A stretch of DNA of 49,300 nt from Candidatus Zambryskibacteria bacterium RIFCSPHIGHO2_01_FULL_46_25 (GCA_001825155.1 MHVH01000006.1:70939-120238), one strand, 5' to 3'. Shown: positions 19,310 through 28,257, counted from the stretch's first letter. A program made the numbers and translations. The notes: generated by a model not told the origin, from the sequence alone.

Positions 19310-20729
19310 CTTCGCTTCGGGCATTCTCGTGGCGTCTTTTGTTTTCATCTCGCCTATTGTAAGCATTTTTCTCATTCTCGTCGCGTTTGCGGTACTTCTC
19401 GCGGAGAAAATTTATCAAAATCATATCGGCAAAGAAGTTTTGCTTGTCACTTTTGCTCTGATTGCTTTCGGATTGGGCACATTGCGCTACGCGGTGAAAG
19501 ATTTTCACGAGCTTGTCACGCCTTCGGGCGAGGGAATTGTCGTAAGCGAGCCAGAACAGCGGGATAACGCGACCCGGTTTGTACTGCGCGCGGACAATGG
19601 GGAAAAAGTTCTGGTGAGCGCCGGGTTATACGAAGAAATTTTATACGGAGACAGAGTGAGAATAGAAGGGAAGCTCGAAAGGCCCGGCATGTTAGAGGAT
19701 TTCGACTACGCGGCGTATCTGTCGAAAGACGATATCTACTGGACCATGGGCTTCGCCAAGACGGAGGTTGTCTTGAGCGGTCATGGCCAGCCTATAAAAG
19801 CAGGTCTGCTTAAAATTAAGAAAAGTTTCGTAAACAAGATTAGAGAAACCTTCGCCGAGCCATACGCGTCTCTGCTCGCGGGGCTCATTGTCGCCGGTCG
19901 TGACGCCATGCCGAAGAATATTCTTGAAGAATTCCGCCGCGCGGGCATTATTCATATCGTGGTGCTCTCGGGCTACAACATTACCATTATCGCCGATTTC
20001 CTGCGGAGAATGTTCGAGAAACTCTTCTTGCTTTCTTCGAGAACCGCCGTGCCGCAGCTTGCTTCGGGGGCGTCGATTGCAGGGATTCTACTTTTCGTCA
20101 TCATGACCGGAGCGGAAGCGACGGTGGTGCGAGCGGCTATCATGGTGCTTACGGTCATCGCGGCAAAAATGTTGGGGAGGAAGTACTCCGCGCCCCGCGC
20201 CTTGCTTCTGGCCGGCACGGTAATGCTCATTCATAATCCGAAAATACTTGTATTCGACGCTTCGTTCCAGCTATCTTTCCTCGCCACCCTCGCTCTTATC
20301 TATGTCGTGCCTGTTGTCGAAAAATATTTGGAATTTATAACCGAGAGATGGGAGTTGCGCATGACGGTCACGACAACTATAGCTACGCAAGTGACGGTGC
20401 TGCCACTCCTTGTCTACTCGGTAGGGGATTTCTCTCTCGTTTCACTGCCGGCAAACGTTCTGGTGCTCCTCATTATCCCTTACACCATGCTTCTCGGCTT
20501 TCTCGCCGCCGTCTCTGCTTATATTGGCGCGCTTGTCGCTATGCCTCTCTCGTATCTCGCGTATATTCTCCTCTGGTGGATACTCGGTGTCTCAAGCTTT
20601 CTCGGTAATCTGCCCTTCGCCACTATCGCGGTTCCGCACGTTTCCGCGTGGATGGTTATTTTGGTTTACTTGGTTCTAATTACTTTCGTGTGGCGCTGGC
20701 GAAGTTTTCCTCGCAAGATTGCCAGTTGA
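19278..20729 (+). CDS. comEC: ComEC competence protein, OB plus membrane (Competence) domain
   Basis: FRRAGIIHIVVLSGYNI, GAEATVVRAAIM, DASFQLSFLAT; multiple TM helices. Confidence 0.93.
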   Translation: MDRAIFTSIFSFASGILVASFVFISPIVSIFLILVAFAVLLAEKIYQNHIGKEVLLVTFALIAFGLGTLRYAVKDFHELVTPSGEGIVVSEPEQRDNATRFVLRADNGEKVLVSAGLYEEILYGDRVRIEGKLERPGMLEDFDYAAYLSKDDIYWTMGFAKTEVVLSGHGQPIKAGLLKIKKSFVNKIRETFAEPYASLLAGLIVAGRDAMPKNILEEFRRAGIIHIVVLSGYNITIIADFLRRMFEKLFLLSSRTAVPQLASGASIAGILLFVIMTGAEATVVRAAIMVLTVIAAKMLGRKYSAPRALLLAGTVMLIHNPKILVFDASFQLSFLATLALIYVVPVVEKYLEFITERWELRMTVTTTIATQVTVLPLLVYSVGDFSLVSLPANVLVLLIIPYTMLLGFLAAVSAYIGALVAMPLSYLAYILLWWILGVSSFLGNLPFATIAVPHVSAWMVILVYLVLITFVWRWRSFPRKIAS

Positions 20730-21303
20730 GATTCTCGAAGAAGTCTTCGACATATTGCTTCTTGCCGGAAGGCTGATAATCGGCGACGAAGGAGTGTTCC
20801 CACATGTCGAGAGCGAGTATGGGAGCAAGGCCTGTGAGATGACCCAAGTGCTGTTCATCTATCCAAGCGTTTAGAAGTCTCTGAGATTGCGGGTCATAGT
20901 AGAGCATTGCCCAGCCGATGCCGCGCGTAGTGGCGAGCGTCTTGAATCTCTTGAGCCATCTGTCGAACGTGCCCCATTCACCCTCAATTGCTTTCATCAA
21001 AGAGCCGTCCGCGGTGAGCGTAGTCGAACCACCTTCTAGGTGTGAAAAATAATATTCGTGATTCCTCATGCCATCGAACTCGAAGCCGAAGCGTCTGCCA
21101 ATCTCGCCTAAAGCATAGGCGTGTTCCTCGCCCGCTCCGACAAGTGGGCTCGAATCTTCAGAATATTCGTCAATCTTCGCTAATATGATATTGGTGTTCT
21201 TGACGTAGCCGGCATAGAGCTTGAGATGCTCCTCGACAGTTTTCTCCGAAATGCCTTTGAGCTTGGGGATATTGAATTTCTTTTCTTCGAATTGTTTCGC
21301 CAT
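20680..21303 (-). CDS. sod: Fe/Mn superoxide dismutase family protein
   Basis: EEHLKLYAGYV, NHEYYF, GIGWAML, LALDMWEHSF. Confidence 0.9.
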   Translation of the reverse strand: MAKQFEEKKFNIPKLKGISEKTVEEHLKLYAGYVKNTNIILAKIDEYSEDSSPLVGAGEEHAYALGEIGRRFGFEFDGMRNHEYYFSHLEGGSTTLTADGSLMKAIEGEWGTFDRWLKRFKTLATTRGIGWAMLYYDPQSQRLLNAWIDEQHLGHLTGLAPILALDMWEHSFVADYQPSGKKQYVEDFFENLNWQSCEENFASATRK

Positions 21304-21321
21304 ATATCGATTATATACTTA

Positions 21322-22194
21322 ATGACGATGGAATACATGCAAACCTTCCGTGCCAGATGGAAAGAGTGGCTGGCGGGGCTTCTCCTCCTGGCAAACATCC
21401 TTGTCTGGGCCGCTGTTCTGGGCAGAAGGGCGGATGGCAATCTCCGTGTCTATTTCCTCGATGTTGGACAGGGCGATGCCATACTCATAGACTCGCCTTC
21501 GCATGGCAGGGTGCTCATAGACGGTGGCAGGAATAGGACTGTGCTCTCGCAGTTGGGTAAAATTCTGCCTTTCGCTGACAAAAGAATTGACGCCATTATC
21601 GCCACGCATCCGGACGCGGATCACATAGGCGGTTTGCCAGAAGTGGTAAGGCGCTATGATGTCGGGCTTATCATCGAACCGGGCGTCGAGAGCGACAACG
21701 ATATAGATGACGAGCTCGCGAAAAGAGTAGATGAAAAAAATATTGAAACCGTGCTCGCGAGAAGGGGACAGGTTATAAACTTCGGTGATGGAGTAAGACT
21801 TACCATCCTTTTTCCGGACCGGGATGTCTCAAACTGGGAGACGAACGACGCTTCGGTGGTGGCAAGGCTCGAGTATGGGGAGTCGTCGTTCCTCTTCACC
21901 GGCGATTCGCCGATTCGTATTGAAAATATTCTGCTTGGATTAAATAAACAAATTCTCGATACGGATGTTCTGAAAGCTGGGCACCACGGCTCGCGCACAT
22001 CCACCTCGCTTACCTTCGCCGAAGCTGTTTCTCCGGAATATGCCGTAATCTCCGCCGGCAAGGACAATACTTACGGCCATCCGCACAAAGAAGTTTTGAA
22101 TATTTTAGAAAAAGTCGGGGCAAAAATTCTATCGACGATAGATTCCGGCACCATCGAATTCGAAACGGATGGCAAAACTTTAAAAATTAAATGA
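21322..22194 (+). CDS. ComEC/Rec2 metallo-beta-lactamase domain protein (stand-alone)
   Basis: FLDVGQGDA, THPDADHIGG, LFTGD, KAGHHGS, NTYGHPH; start taken at ATG 21322. Confidence 0.92.
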   Translation: MTMEYMQTFRARWKEWLAGLLLLANILVWAAVLGRRADGNLRVYFLDVGQGDAILIDSPSHGRVLIDGGRNRTVLSQLGKILPFADKRIDAIIATHPDADHIGGLPEVVRRYDVGLIIEPGVESDNDIDDELAKRVDEKNIETVLARRGQVINFGDGVRLTILFPDRDVSNWETNDASVVARLEYGESSFLFTGDSPIRIENILLGLNKQILDTDVLKAGHHGSRTSTSLTFAEAVSPEYAVISAGKDNTYGHPHKEVLNILEKVGAKILSTIDSGTIEFETDGKTLKIK

Positions 22195-22235
22195 GGAAGG
22201 CGCTGCCGCGTACGCGGCAGCGCCCAGGTTCTGCA

Positions 22236-22589
22236 TCACGGCTTGTGCTCCGCGACACCATTGTCCGGGTGGCGCTTGATCCAGAGGATGAAGTGGATTA
22301 ATCGGAGTCTCGAGCAGCGGCGAAGCAATGCCCCGCGCACCATTCCCGCGTAGACATCGTCGACACTGATTTCTGGGCAAGTGCCGAGATCGATGATGAA
22401 CACGAGAGGTACGAGGTTCACCGAGAGTTCGACTTCCTCGCGCGTGAGAATCTTGGCTTCGAGCAGGATGTCATCAGGCTTGTATGGACTGAACTCGGCC
22501 AGGATACGGACGATGTCTTCCTTGTGAACCTTGAGCGCCTCGCGTTCAGCGAAGGCGTTGAACGGCAGAGTGGCGTGAATGTGAGGCAT
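22236..22589 (-). CDS. Hypothetical protein (begins Met-Pro; tautomerase-like fold possible)
   Basis: SD AAGGAG before ATG 22589 (MPHIHATLP); perfect palindrome 22199-22224 downstream. Confidence 0.6.
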   Translation of the reverse strand: MPHIHATLPFNAFAEREALKVHKEDIVRILAEFSPYKPDDILLEAKILTREEVELSVNLVPLVFIIDLGTCPEISVDDVYAGMVRGALLRRCSRLRLIHFILWIKRHPDNGVAEHKP

Positions 22590-22649
22590 GAATTCTCCTT
22601 TCTGTCTGTTTTCTGCCGCCCAAATTACCACTTCCACCTCACCGCGTCA

Positions 22650-22687
22650 AATTCGAAACGGATGGGAAGGTCCTCCAGGTAAAATAG
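22650..22687 (+). pseudogene. Duplicated 3' end of the ComEC-MBL gene
   Basis: Encodes FETDGKVLQVK* versus FETDGKTLKIK* at the end of 21322..22194; AATTCGAAACGGATGG is identical at 22157 and 22650. Confidence 0.8.
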
Positions 22688-22718
22688 TCCACAGCTAATA
22701 ATGATTGGTATTCATACA

Positions 22719-22754
22719 TACGTTATAATTTCACTGTGGTGAGCTAATAACGTA
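22719..22754. repeat. 36-bp palindromic direct repeat A1 (left flank of PaaX-like gene 1)
   Basis: TACGTTATAA-TTTCACTGTGGTGAGC-TAATAACGTA; 32/36 identical to 23349-23384. Confidence 0.9.
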
Positions 22755-23320
22755 TGGGTAAACTGGAGCAACAAAGCAGAAAAAGAAGCAAGAGGAAACA
22801 TTTGCAGCAAATTATTTTAGCTACGGTAGCCGGTGCCGGTATTTTGGGTATTGGCCTCCTGGCTCCAAACGTGTTAGGGGCTATGGCGAAACTCGGTATT
22901 ATTCCAAATAGGAGGCAAAAAGAATATGTTAGTTCTTCCGCGAGCAAGATGGTTAAGAAGGGTCTTATGAGATTTAATGGAAAATTTTATGAACTTACCA
23001 TGGCCGGCCAAGAAAGGCTTCGCAGATGGGAATTTAATCAATTCAAATTCGAAAGACCGAAAAAATGGGATAAAAAATGGCGAGTGATTATTTTCGACAT
23101 ACCAGATAAAAAGAGAAAGGAGCGCGATCAGATAAGAACCCTTTTTAAGTCCGCCGGGTTTTATCTGTTACAAGAAAGTGTTTGGGTCTATCCTTATGAC
23201 TGCGAAGATATCATTGCACTATTGAAAACTGATTTCGGGGTCGGGAAAAATCTTCTCTATTTAATTGTTGAAGAGTTGGAAAACGATCGATATCTTAGAG
23301 ACGAATTCGACCTTGTCTGA
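22754..23320 (+). CDS. PaaX-like protein (winged helix plus Cas2-like domain)
   Basis: YELTMAG, KKWDKKWRVIIFDIPDKKRKERDQIR, GFYLLQESVWVYPYDC. Confidence 0.85.
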   Translation: MGKLEQQSRKRSKRKHLQQIILATVAGAGILGIGLLAPNVLGAMAKLGIIPNRRQKEYVSSSASKMVKKGLMRFNGKFYELTMAGQERLRRWEFNQFKFERPKKWDKKWRVIIFDIPDKKRKERDQIRTLFKSAGFYLLQESVWVYPYDCEDIIALLKTDFGVGKNLLYLIVEELENDRYLRDEFDLV

Positions 23321-23348
23321 AATTTCTTCTACTATATAAATTATTGTG

Positions 23349-23384
23349 TACGTTATTATCTCACTGTGGTGAGTTTATAACGTA
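23349..23384. repeat. 36-bp palindromic direct repeat A2 (right flank of PaaX-like gene 1)
   Basis: TACGTTATTA-TCTCACTGTGGTGAGT-TTATAACGTA. Confidence 0.9.
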
Positions 23385-23432
23385 TTAGAAATATATGGTC
23401 GCGGAGCCGGAACGTTCCGGCTCTTCTTTTTA

Positions 23433-23675
23433 TTAAATAACCCCTGTTTTCTTTAAGACAGAATGCGCGCCGCGCTTGGCGATAGTCTTCCAGCCCTTGG
23501 TTGAGAGGGTGAGGACGAGAGTTTTCTTGAGTTCCGGTACGTAAAGGCGCTTCTTCTGGAGGTTGGGGTACTTGCGTACCATGCCGGTGGGGTTGAATTG
23601 GGTAGCACGAGTCCTGTTGGAGTAGCCGCCTCCAATTCTTGAGCCCTTCTTGGTTACCGCGCAAATTCTTGCCAT
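23433..23675 (-). CDS. rpmB: 50S ribosomal protein bL28
   Basis: MARICAVTKK ... RKYPNLQKKRLYVPEL ... LSTKGWKTI. Confidence 0.9.
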   Translation of the reverse strand: MARICAVTKKGSRIGGGYSNRTRATQFNPTGMVRKYPNLQKKRLYVPELKKTLVLTLSTKGWKTIAKRGAHSVLKKTGVI

Positions 23676-23720
23676 TAGGGCATTAGACTAACATACTTGC
23701 TATAATTCGTCTAATTGAAC

Positions 23721-24338
23721 ATGGACCTTCCTTTCCAAATCGCCATTCTCATCATGTCGGTCGTCATTCACGAGGTCTCGCATGGCTATGCCGCAAGCTA
23801 CCTGGGCGACGATACCGCCCGTTGGCAGGGAAGGCTGACCCTAAACCCCTTTAAGCATCTCGACCTTGTGGGTTCTTTCCTCGTGCCGGTTGTGGCCTAC
23901 ATGACGGCCGGATTCATCTTCGGCTGGGCGAAGCCTGTGCCGTATAACCCTTACAACTTGCGCCCTGGTCGGTGGTCCGAGGCCATAGTCGCCGGAGCCG
24001 GGCCTGTATCCAACATATTCCTCGCTATCGTCTTCGGACTCATACTGCGTGCGGCTACCGCCAGCGGGGCAAGCTGGGCGAACGAATCCTTCGTATCCAT
24101 TACGGCCATAATCGTCTTCATCAACATTGTTTTGGCAATCTTCAACCTCGTACCCATACCGCCGCTTGATGGGTCGAAGCTCCTTTTCGCCATCTTTCCC
24201 GAGAATTCGCTCCGGCTCAGACAGTTTTTTGAAAAGTATGGGCTTATACTGGTGCTCTTCTTCATCTTCTTCCTGTGGCAGTACCTCTTCCCTTTAATTG
24301 TCCTTATTTTCAAGCTTATTACGGGAATCTCGTTTTAA
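23721..24338 (+). CDS. Site-2 protease family (peptidase M50)
   Basis: HEVSH, GRLTLNP, GWAKPVP, AGPVSN, FNLVPIPPLDGSK. Confidence 0.93.
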   Translation: MDLPFQIAILIMSVVIHEVSHGYAASYLGDDTARWQGRLTLNPFKHLDLVGSFLVPVVAYMTAGFIFGWAKPVPYNPYNLRPGRWSEAIVAGAGPVSNIFLAIVFGLILRAATASGASWANESFVSITAIIVFINIVLAIFNLVPIPPLDGSKLLFAIFPENSLRLRQFFEKYGLILVLFFIFFLWQYLFPLIVLIFKLITGISF

Positions 24339-24342
24339 AGTA

Positions 24343-24379
24343 TTGACAAACTCGACCATTGGGTGTATGATATAAAAAG
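24343..24379 (+). promoter_or_regulatory. sigma70 promoter, shared TTGGGTGTATGATA module
   Basis: TTGACA-17-TATGAT; 24359-24379 is identical to 47661-47681. Confidence 0.8.
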
Positions 24380-24388
24380 AGGTATCCC

Positions 24389-24496
24389 ATGATACACTGG
24401 ACAGAGGGCTGGGATGAGTCTTTCTGGTACTGGGTTGCCGGCACGGTCGCGGTTCTCATTGTTTTCATACTCGTGTGCCGGCATTTCGTACCGTAA
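24389..24496 (+). CDS. Small single-TM protein, 35 aa (not in the ORF track)
   Basis: SD GAGG; [35 protein letters not shown]; lies between its own promoter and a hairpin at 24501-24531 followed by a T-rich tract. Confidence 0.65.
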   Translation: MIHWTEGWDESFWYWVAGTVAVLIVFILVCRHFVP

Positions 24497-24587
24497 TACC
24501 CTGGGCCCCTCGCAACGCGCGGTGGGTCCAGTTTGCTTTTTATGGCTTCATTTAGTACAGTATTTGTCTCCAAAGGGAGAGTTTTTA

Positions 24588-25004
24588 ATGTCTACAATCA
24601 ACCAGCTGGTCAAGAGAAAAAGGAAGAAGCTCCGCCGCAAGTCGAAGTCGGTTGCTTTGACGCGCGCTTTCAATACCCTTAAAAACAGGCCGGTCTACTT
24701 CAACTCCCCGTTCAAGCGAGGCGTGGCTACCAAGGTTACAACCAAGACTCCTAGGAAGCCGAACTCCGCCGTTCGCAAGATTGCTCGTGTTCGTCTGACC
24801 AATGGCATGGAGGTGACTGCATATATCCCGGGTATTGGCCACAACCTGCAAGAGCACTCGGTGGTACTTATCCGCGGAGGACTGGTGAGAGATGTTGGTC
24901 TCCGCTACTCTGTCGTACGAGGCGTTCTTGACGCAACCGGCGTAGAAAGCCGAAGACAAGCCAGAAGCCAGTATGGAGCGAAGAAGCCAAAAAAAGTTAA
25001 ATAA
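24588..25004 (+). CDS. rpsL: 30S ribosomal protein uS12
   Basis: [39 protein letters not shown]. Confidence 0.98.
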   Translation: MSTINQLVKRKRKKLRRKSKSVALTRAFNTLKNRPVYFNSPFKRGVATKVTTKTPRKPNSAVRKIARVRLTNGMEVTAYIPGIGHNLQEHSVVLIRGGLVRDVGLRYSVVRGVLDATGVESRRQARSQYGAKKPKKVK

Positions 25005-25030
25005 GTTGTATAAGTTGAATAAGCAAGAAA

Positions 25031-25501
25031 ATGCGACGCAAACTCAAGACTAAGCCGAAAATAGAACCCGATTACCTCTACGAATCCGAGAGGGTGACTA
25101 AATTTGTAAATTACGTCATGGAAGAGGGGAAGAAGAATACCGCGCGCAAAGTCGTGTACCAGGCACTCGATTTGATAAAAGAAAAGACGAAGAATGCCAA
25201 CCCGCTTGAAGTGTTCGAAACTGCTTTGAAGAACACCGGCCCCTTGATGGAAGTGCGCAGCCGCCGAGTCGGAGGCGCGAACTACCAGGTGCCGAGAGAG
25301 GTGCGTCCCGAACGTCGCCAGTTTCTCTCCATGAAGTGGATTATAAATGCCGCCCGCAATAAAAAAGGCAAAGCTATGCACGAAAAATTGGCGGAAGAGA
25401 TTATCGCCGCGTCAAACAACGAAGGAGAGGCCATAAAGAAGAGAGAAACCATGCATAAGATGGCTGAAGCCAACAAGGCCTTCGCGCATTTTGCCTGGTA
25501 G
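25031..25501 (+). CDS. rpsG: 30S ribosomal protein uS7
   Basis: EVRSRRVGGANYQVP, HKMAEANKAFAHF. Confidence 0.98.
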   Translation: MRRKLKTKPKIEPDYLYESERVTKFVNYVMEEGKKNTARKVVYQALDLIKEKTKNANPLEVFETALKNTGPLMEVRSRRVGGANYQVPREVRPERRQFLSMKWIINAARNKKGKAMHEKLAEEIIAASNNEGEAIKKRETMHKMAEANKAFAHFAW

Positions 25502-25593
25502 ATACCAATTTACAAATGATCCAAATTATACAAATGGCAACGAATTATTCGCAGGCATTAGCAGATTGGTGTAATTCGTAGATTAGTACTTAT

Positions 25594-27783
25594 ATGCAAA
25601 GAGACTATCCATTGGAGAAGGTGCGCAACTTTGGAATCATAGCGCACATTGACGCGGGGAAGACCACCACTTCCGAACGCGTGCTTTTCTATACCGGTTC
25701 GCAACATAAAATCGGCGAAGTGCACGAGGGAGACACTACCACCGACTGGATGGAGCAGGAGCGCGAGCGCGGCATCACCATTACCGCGGCGGCTATCACT
25801 TGCTTCTGGCAACCGACATATAAAGGCCCGGCCTTAAGTACTGATTCCCAAGGCCGGGCCTTGGATGCGGACAAATACCGCTTCAATATTATCGACACGC
25901 CGGGACACATCGACTTCACCGTGGAGGTGAAGAGGTCACTCCGAGTGCTCGACGGCGCGGTAGTTGTCTTCGACGGTGTGGCGGGAGTAGAGCCACAAAG
26001 CGAGACTAATTGGCGTTACGCGGAAGAAGCACTTGTGCCGAGAATCTGTTTCGTGAACAAGCTCGACCGCACGGGGGCATCTTTCGAGCGCTCGTACCAA
26101 TCTATTTTGAGTCGGCTTTCGAAGAAGGCGGTGCGCATGCAAATTCCCATCGGCGAAGAAGAGAAACACGAAGGGGTCGTCGACCTTTTGAAGATGAAGG
26201 CCTTCTACTTCGAAGGCGAGATGGGCAACAAGGTTATCGAGAAAGAAATTCCCGAGAATCTCAAAGCCGATGCCACGAAGTATCGCGCCGAACTTGTCGA
26301 GCGCATTGTTGAGAATGATGAAACTTTGATGAACGATTATCTCGAGGGTAAGCAGGCATCGCTTACAGATTTGAAGCGTGTCATGAGGAAGGCGGTGATA
26401 GAGAACAAAATTTTCCCGGTTCTCGCTGGTTCCGCGCTTAAGAACAAGGGCGTCCAGCTTGTGCTCGACGCGGTGGTTGATTACTTGCCTTCACCTCTCG
26501 ACATCCCACCGATTAAAGGTACTCACCCTGTAACGGGCGAAGAAGTGGTGCGTCATGCTTCAGACGAAGAGCCCTTCGCGGCACTCGCCTTCAAACTCCA
26601 GGCGGACCCATTCGTGGGCCAGCTGACATTCTTCCGCGTATACTCCGGCACTATCGAGAGCGGCACTTATATTTATAATTCCACTACCGGCACCAAGGAA
26701 CGCCTCGGCCGTATCGTGCGCCTGCAGGCGGACAAGAGAGAAGAGGTGAAAAAAGTTTTTGCCGGAGAAATTGCCGCCGCCGTGGGTCTCAGGGACGCGA
26801 AAACTTCACACACTTTCTGCGATGAAGAGAACCCCATTGCTCTCGACCAGATTAAATTCCCCGAACCGGTCATATCTCTGCGTATCGAACCTAAGACCAA
26901 GGCAGACCAAGAGAAGATGGGCATGGCTCTTAAGCGCCTCTCGGATGAGGACCCGACATTCAAAATTAAATCCGACCAGGAAACTGGCGAGACCGTTATC
27001 ATGGGCATGGGTGAACTTCACCTGGAAATTATCGTGGACAGAATGAAGAGAGAATTCGGTGTCGAAGCAAATGTCGGCAAGCCGCAAGTTTCTTACAAAG
27101 AGACTATTCAGGGCGAAGCGGAAGTGGAGAACAAATATATCAAGCAGACCGGAGGCAAGGGACAATATGGGCACGTGAAGATTAAGATTAAGCCTCTGCC
27201 GGCTTATGACCCGGAGGAGAAGGTGCCGAAGAACGCGCATAGGGAACCCGGATTCGAATTCGTCGACGCCATCAAGGGAGGCGTTATCCCGCAGGAATTT
27301 ATCCCCGCCGTGGAGAAGGGCGTGCGCGAGGCTATGGACCGTGGCATTCTCGCCGGCTACAAGATGACAGACATTTCCTGCGAGCTCAACTACGGCTCCT
27401 ACCACGACGTTGACTCATCGGAAATTGCCTACAAGATTGCCGCTTCGCAAGCTTTCCAGGAAGCGGCAAAGAAGGCGAAGCCTGTGCTCCTCGAGCCTAT
27501 TATGAAAGTGGAAGTAGTGGTACCGGAGAAATTCATGGGCGACATTACCGGCAATTTGAGTGGCAAGCGCGGCCAGATAGAAGCAATGGAAGACCGCGGT
27601 GATCTCAAGGTAGTGAAGGCGAAAGTGCCTCTCTCCGAGATGTTCGGCTATGTGACCAATCTTCGCTCAATGACCGAGGGCCGAGGTTCCTCGACCATGG
27701 AGTTCGACCACTACGCTGTGGTGCCGCAGAATGTGGCGGCTACCATCATCGAAGCGAGAACCGGCTCGATGGCGAGGGTTTAG
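25594..27783 (+). CDS. fusA: Elongation factor G
   Basis: AHIDAGKTT, ERGITI, DTPGH, NKLD, GMGELHLEI, SYHDVDSS. Confidence 0.99.
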   Translation: MQRDYPLEKVRNFGIIAHIDAGKTTTSERVLFYTGSQHKIGEVHEGDTTTDWMEQERERGITITAAAITCFWQPTYKGPALSTDSQGRALDADKYRFNIIDTPGHIDFTVEVKRSLRVLDGAVVVFDGVAGVEPQSETNWRYAEEALVPRICFVNKLDRTGASFERSYQSILSRLSKKAVRMQIPIGEEEKHEGVVDLLKMKAFYFEGEMGNKVIEKEIPENLKADATKYRAELVERIVENDETLMNDYLEGKQASLTDLKRVMRKAVIENKIFPVLAGSALKNKGVQLVLDAVVDYLPSPLDIPPIKGTHPVTGEEVVRHASDEEPFAALAFKLQADPFVGQLTFFRVYSGTIESGTYIYNSTTGTKERLGRIVRLQADKREEVKKVFAGEIAAAVGLRDAKTSHTFCDEENPIALDQIKFPEPVISLRIEPKTKADQEKMGMALKRLSDEDPTFKIKSDQETGETVIMGMGELHLEIIVDRMKREFGVEANVGKPQVSYKETIQGEAEVENKYIKQTGGKGQYGHVKIKIKPLPAYDPEEKVPKNAHREPGFEFVDAIKGGVIPQEFIPAVEKGVREAMDRGILAGYKMTDISCELNYGSYHDVDSSEIAYKIAASQAFQEAAKKAKPVLLEPIMKVEVVVPEKFMGDITGNLSGKRGQIEAMEDRGDLKVVKAKVPLSEMFGYVTNLRSMTEGRGSSTMEFDHYAVVPQNVAATIIEARTGSMARV
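25823..25862. repeat. In-frame palindromic element inside fusA
   Basis: AAGGCCCGGCCTT-AAGTACTGATTCCC-AAGGCCGGGCCTT (perfect 13-bp stem, 14-nt loop). Confidence 0.8.
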
Positions 27784-27855
27784 TATTGCCTTTTTATAAA
27801 AATTGGTTCATAGTGCGGCAGGACACGGGCGAGAGCCCTTACAAGGAGCAGTTCA

Positions 27856-28257
27856 GTGAAAAGACTTCTCATGTTTTTCGTCGTCTACTCTATAACAGCG
27901 ACCGTCATCGGCGTGCATTTCGTCCGTAAGAACCATGCATGGCAACAGTCAGCAGAGGTCACGGTGGACCTCTTCCAGAACGCGAGGCTGGGGCGCATCG
28001 AGAAGATGGAGGTTACGCCGGAAGTTTTCCGGTCCGAACTGATTACCGCTCGGATCTGGTCGCGCAGACTCCAAAACGAGCTCGAGATGGCCAAGAAGGA
28101 GAACGAGGCGTATCGGCTTCTGGCGAAGCAGTTCGCCACGACCGTAATGCCACCGCCATCACGAGGGCTCCTCGTGATGGAACCGATTTCGGACGCCGAG
28201 TATGAGCCCAGCGGGCTCAAGTTCTACATGGAGGAATGTCTGGGACGCAAGTTCTAG
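27856..28257 (+). CDS. Hypothetical membrane-anchored protein
   Basis: SD AAGGAG plus GTG; N-terminal TM and coiled-coil-like segment; hairpin at 28276-28303 downstream. Confidence 0.65.
   Translation: MKRLLMFFVVYSITATVIGVHFVRKNHAWQQSAEVTVDLFQNARLGRIEKMEVTPEVFRSELITARIWSRRLQNELEMAKKENEAYRLLAKQFATTVMPPPSRGLLVMEPISDAEYEPSGLKFYMEECLGRKF

Noticed and set aside
24414-24587. N-terminal extensions of rpsL (and of tpiA, ComEC-MBL, rplW, rplF, rpmC, mazE) in the ORF track
   Set aside because: Artefacts of longest-ORF calling; the conserved N-termini begin at downstream ATGs.
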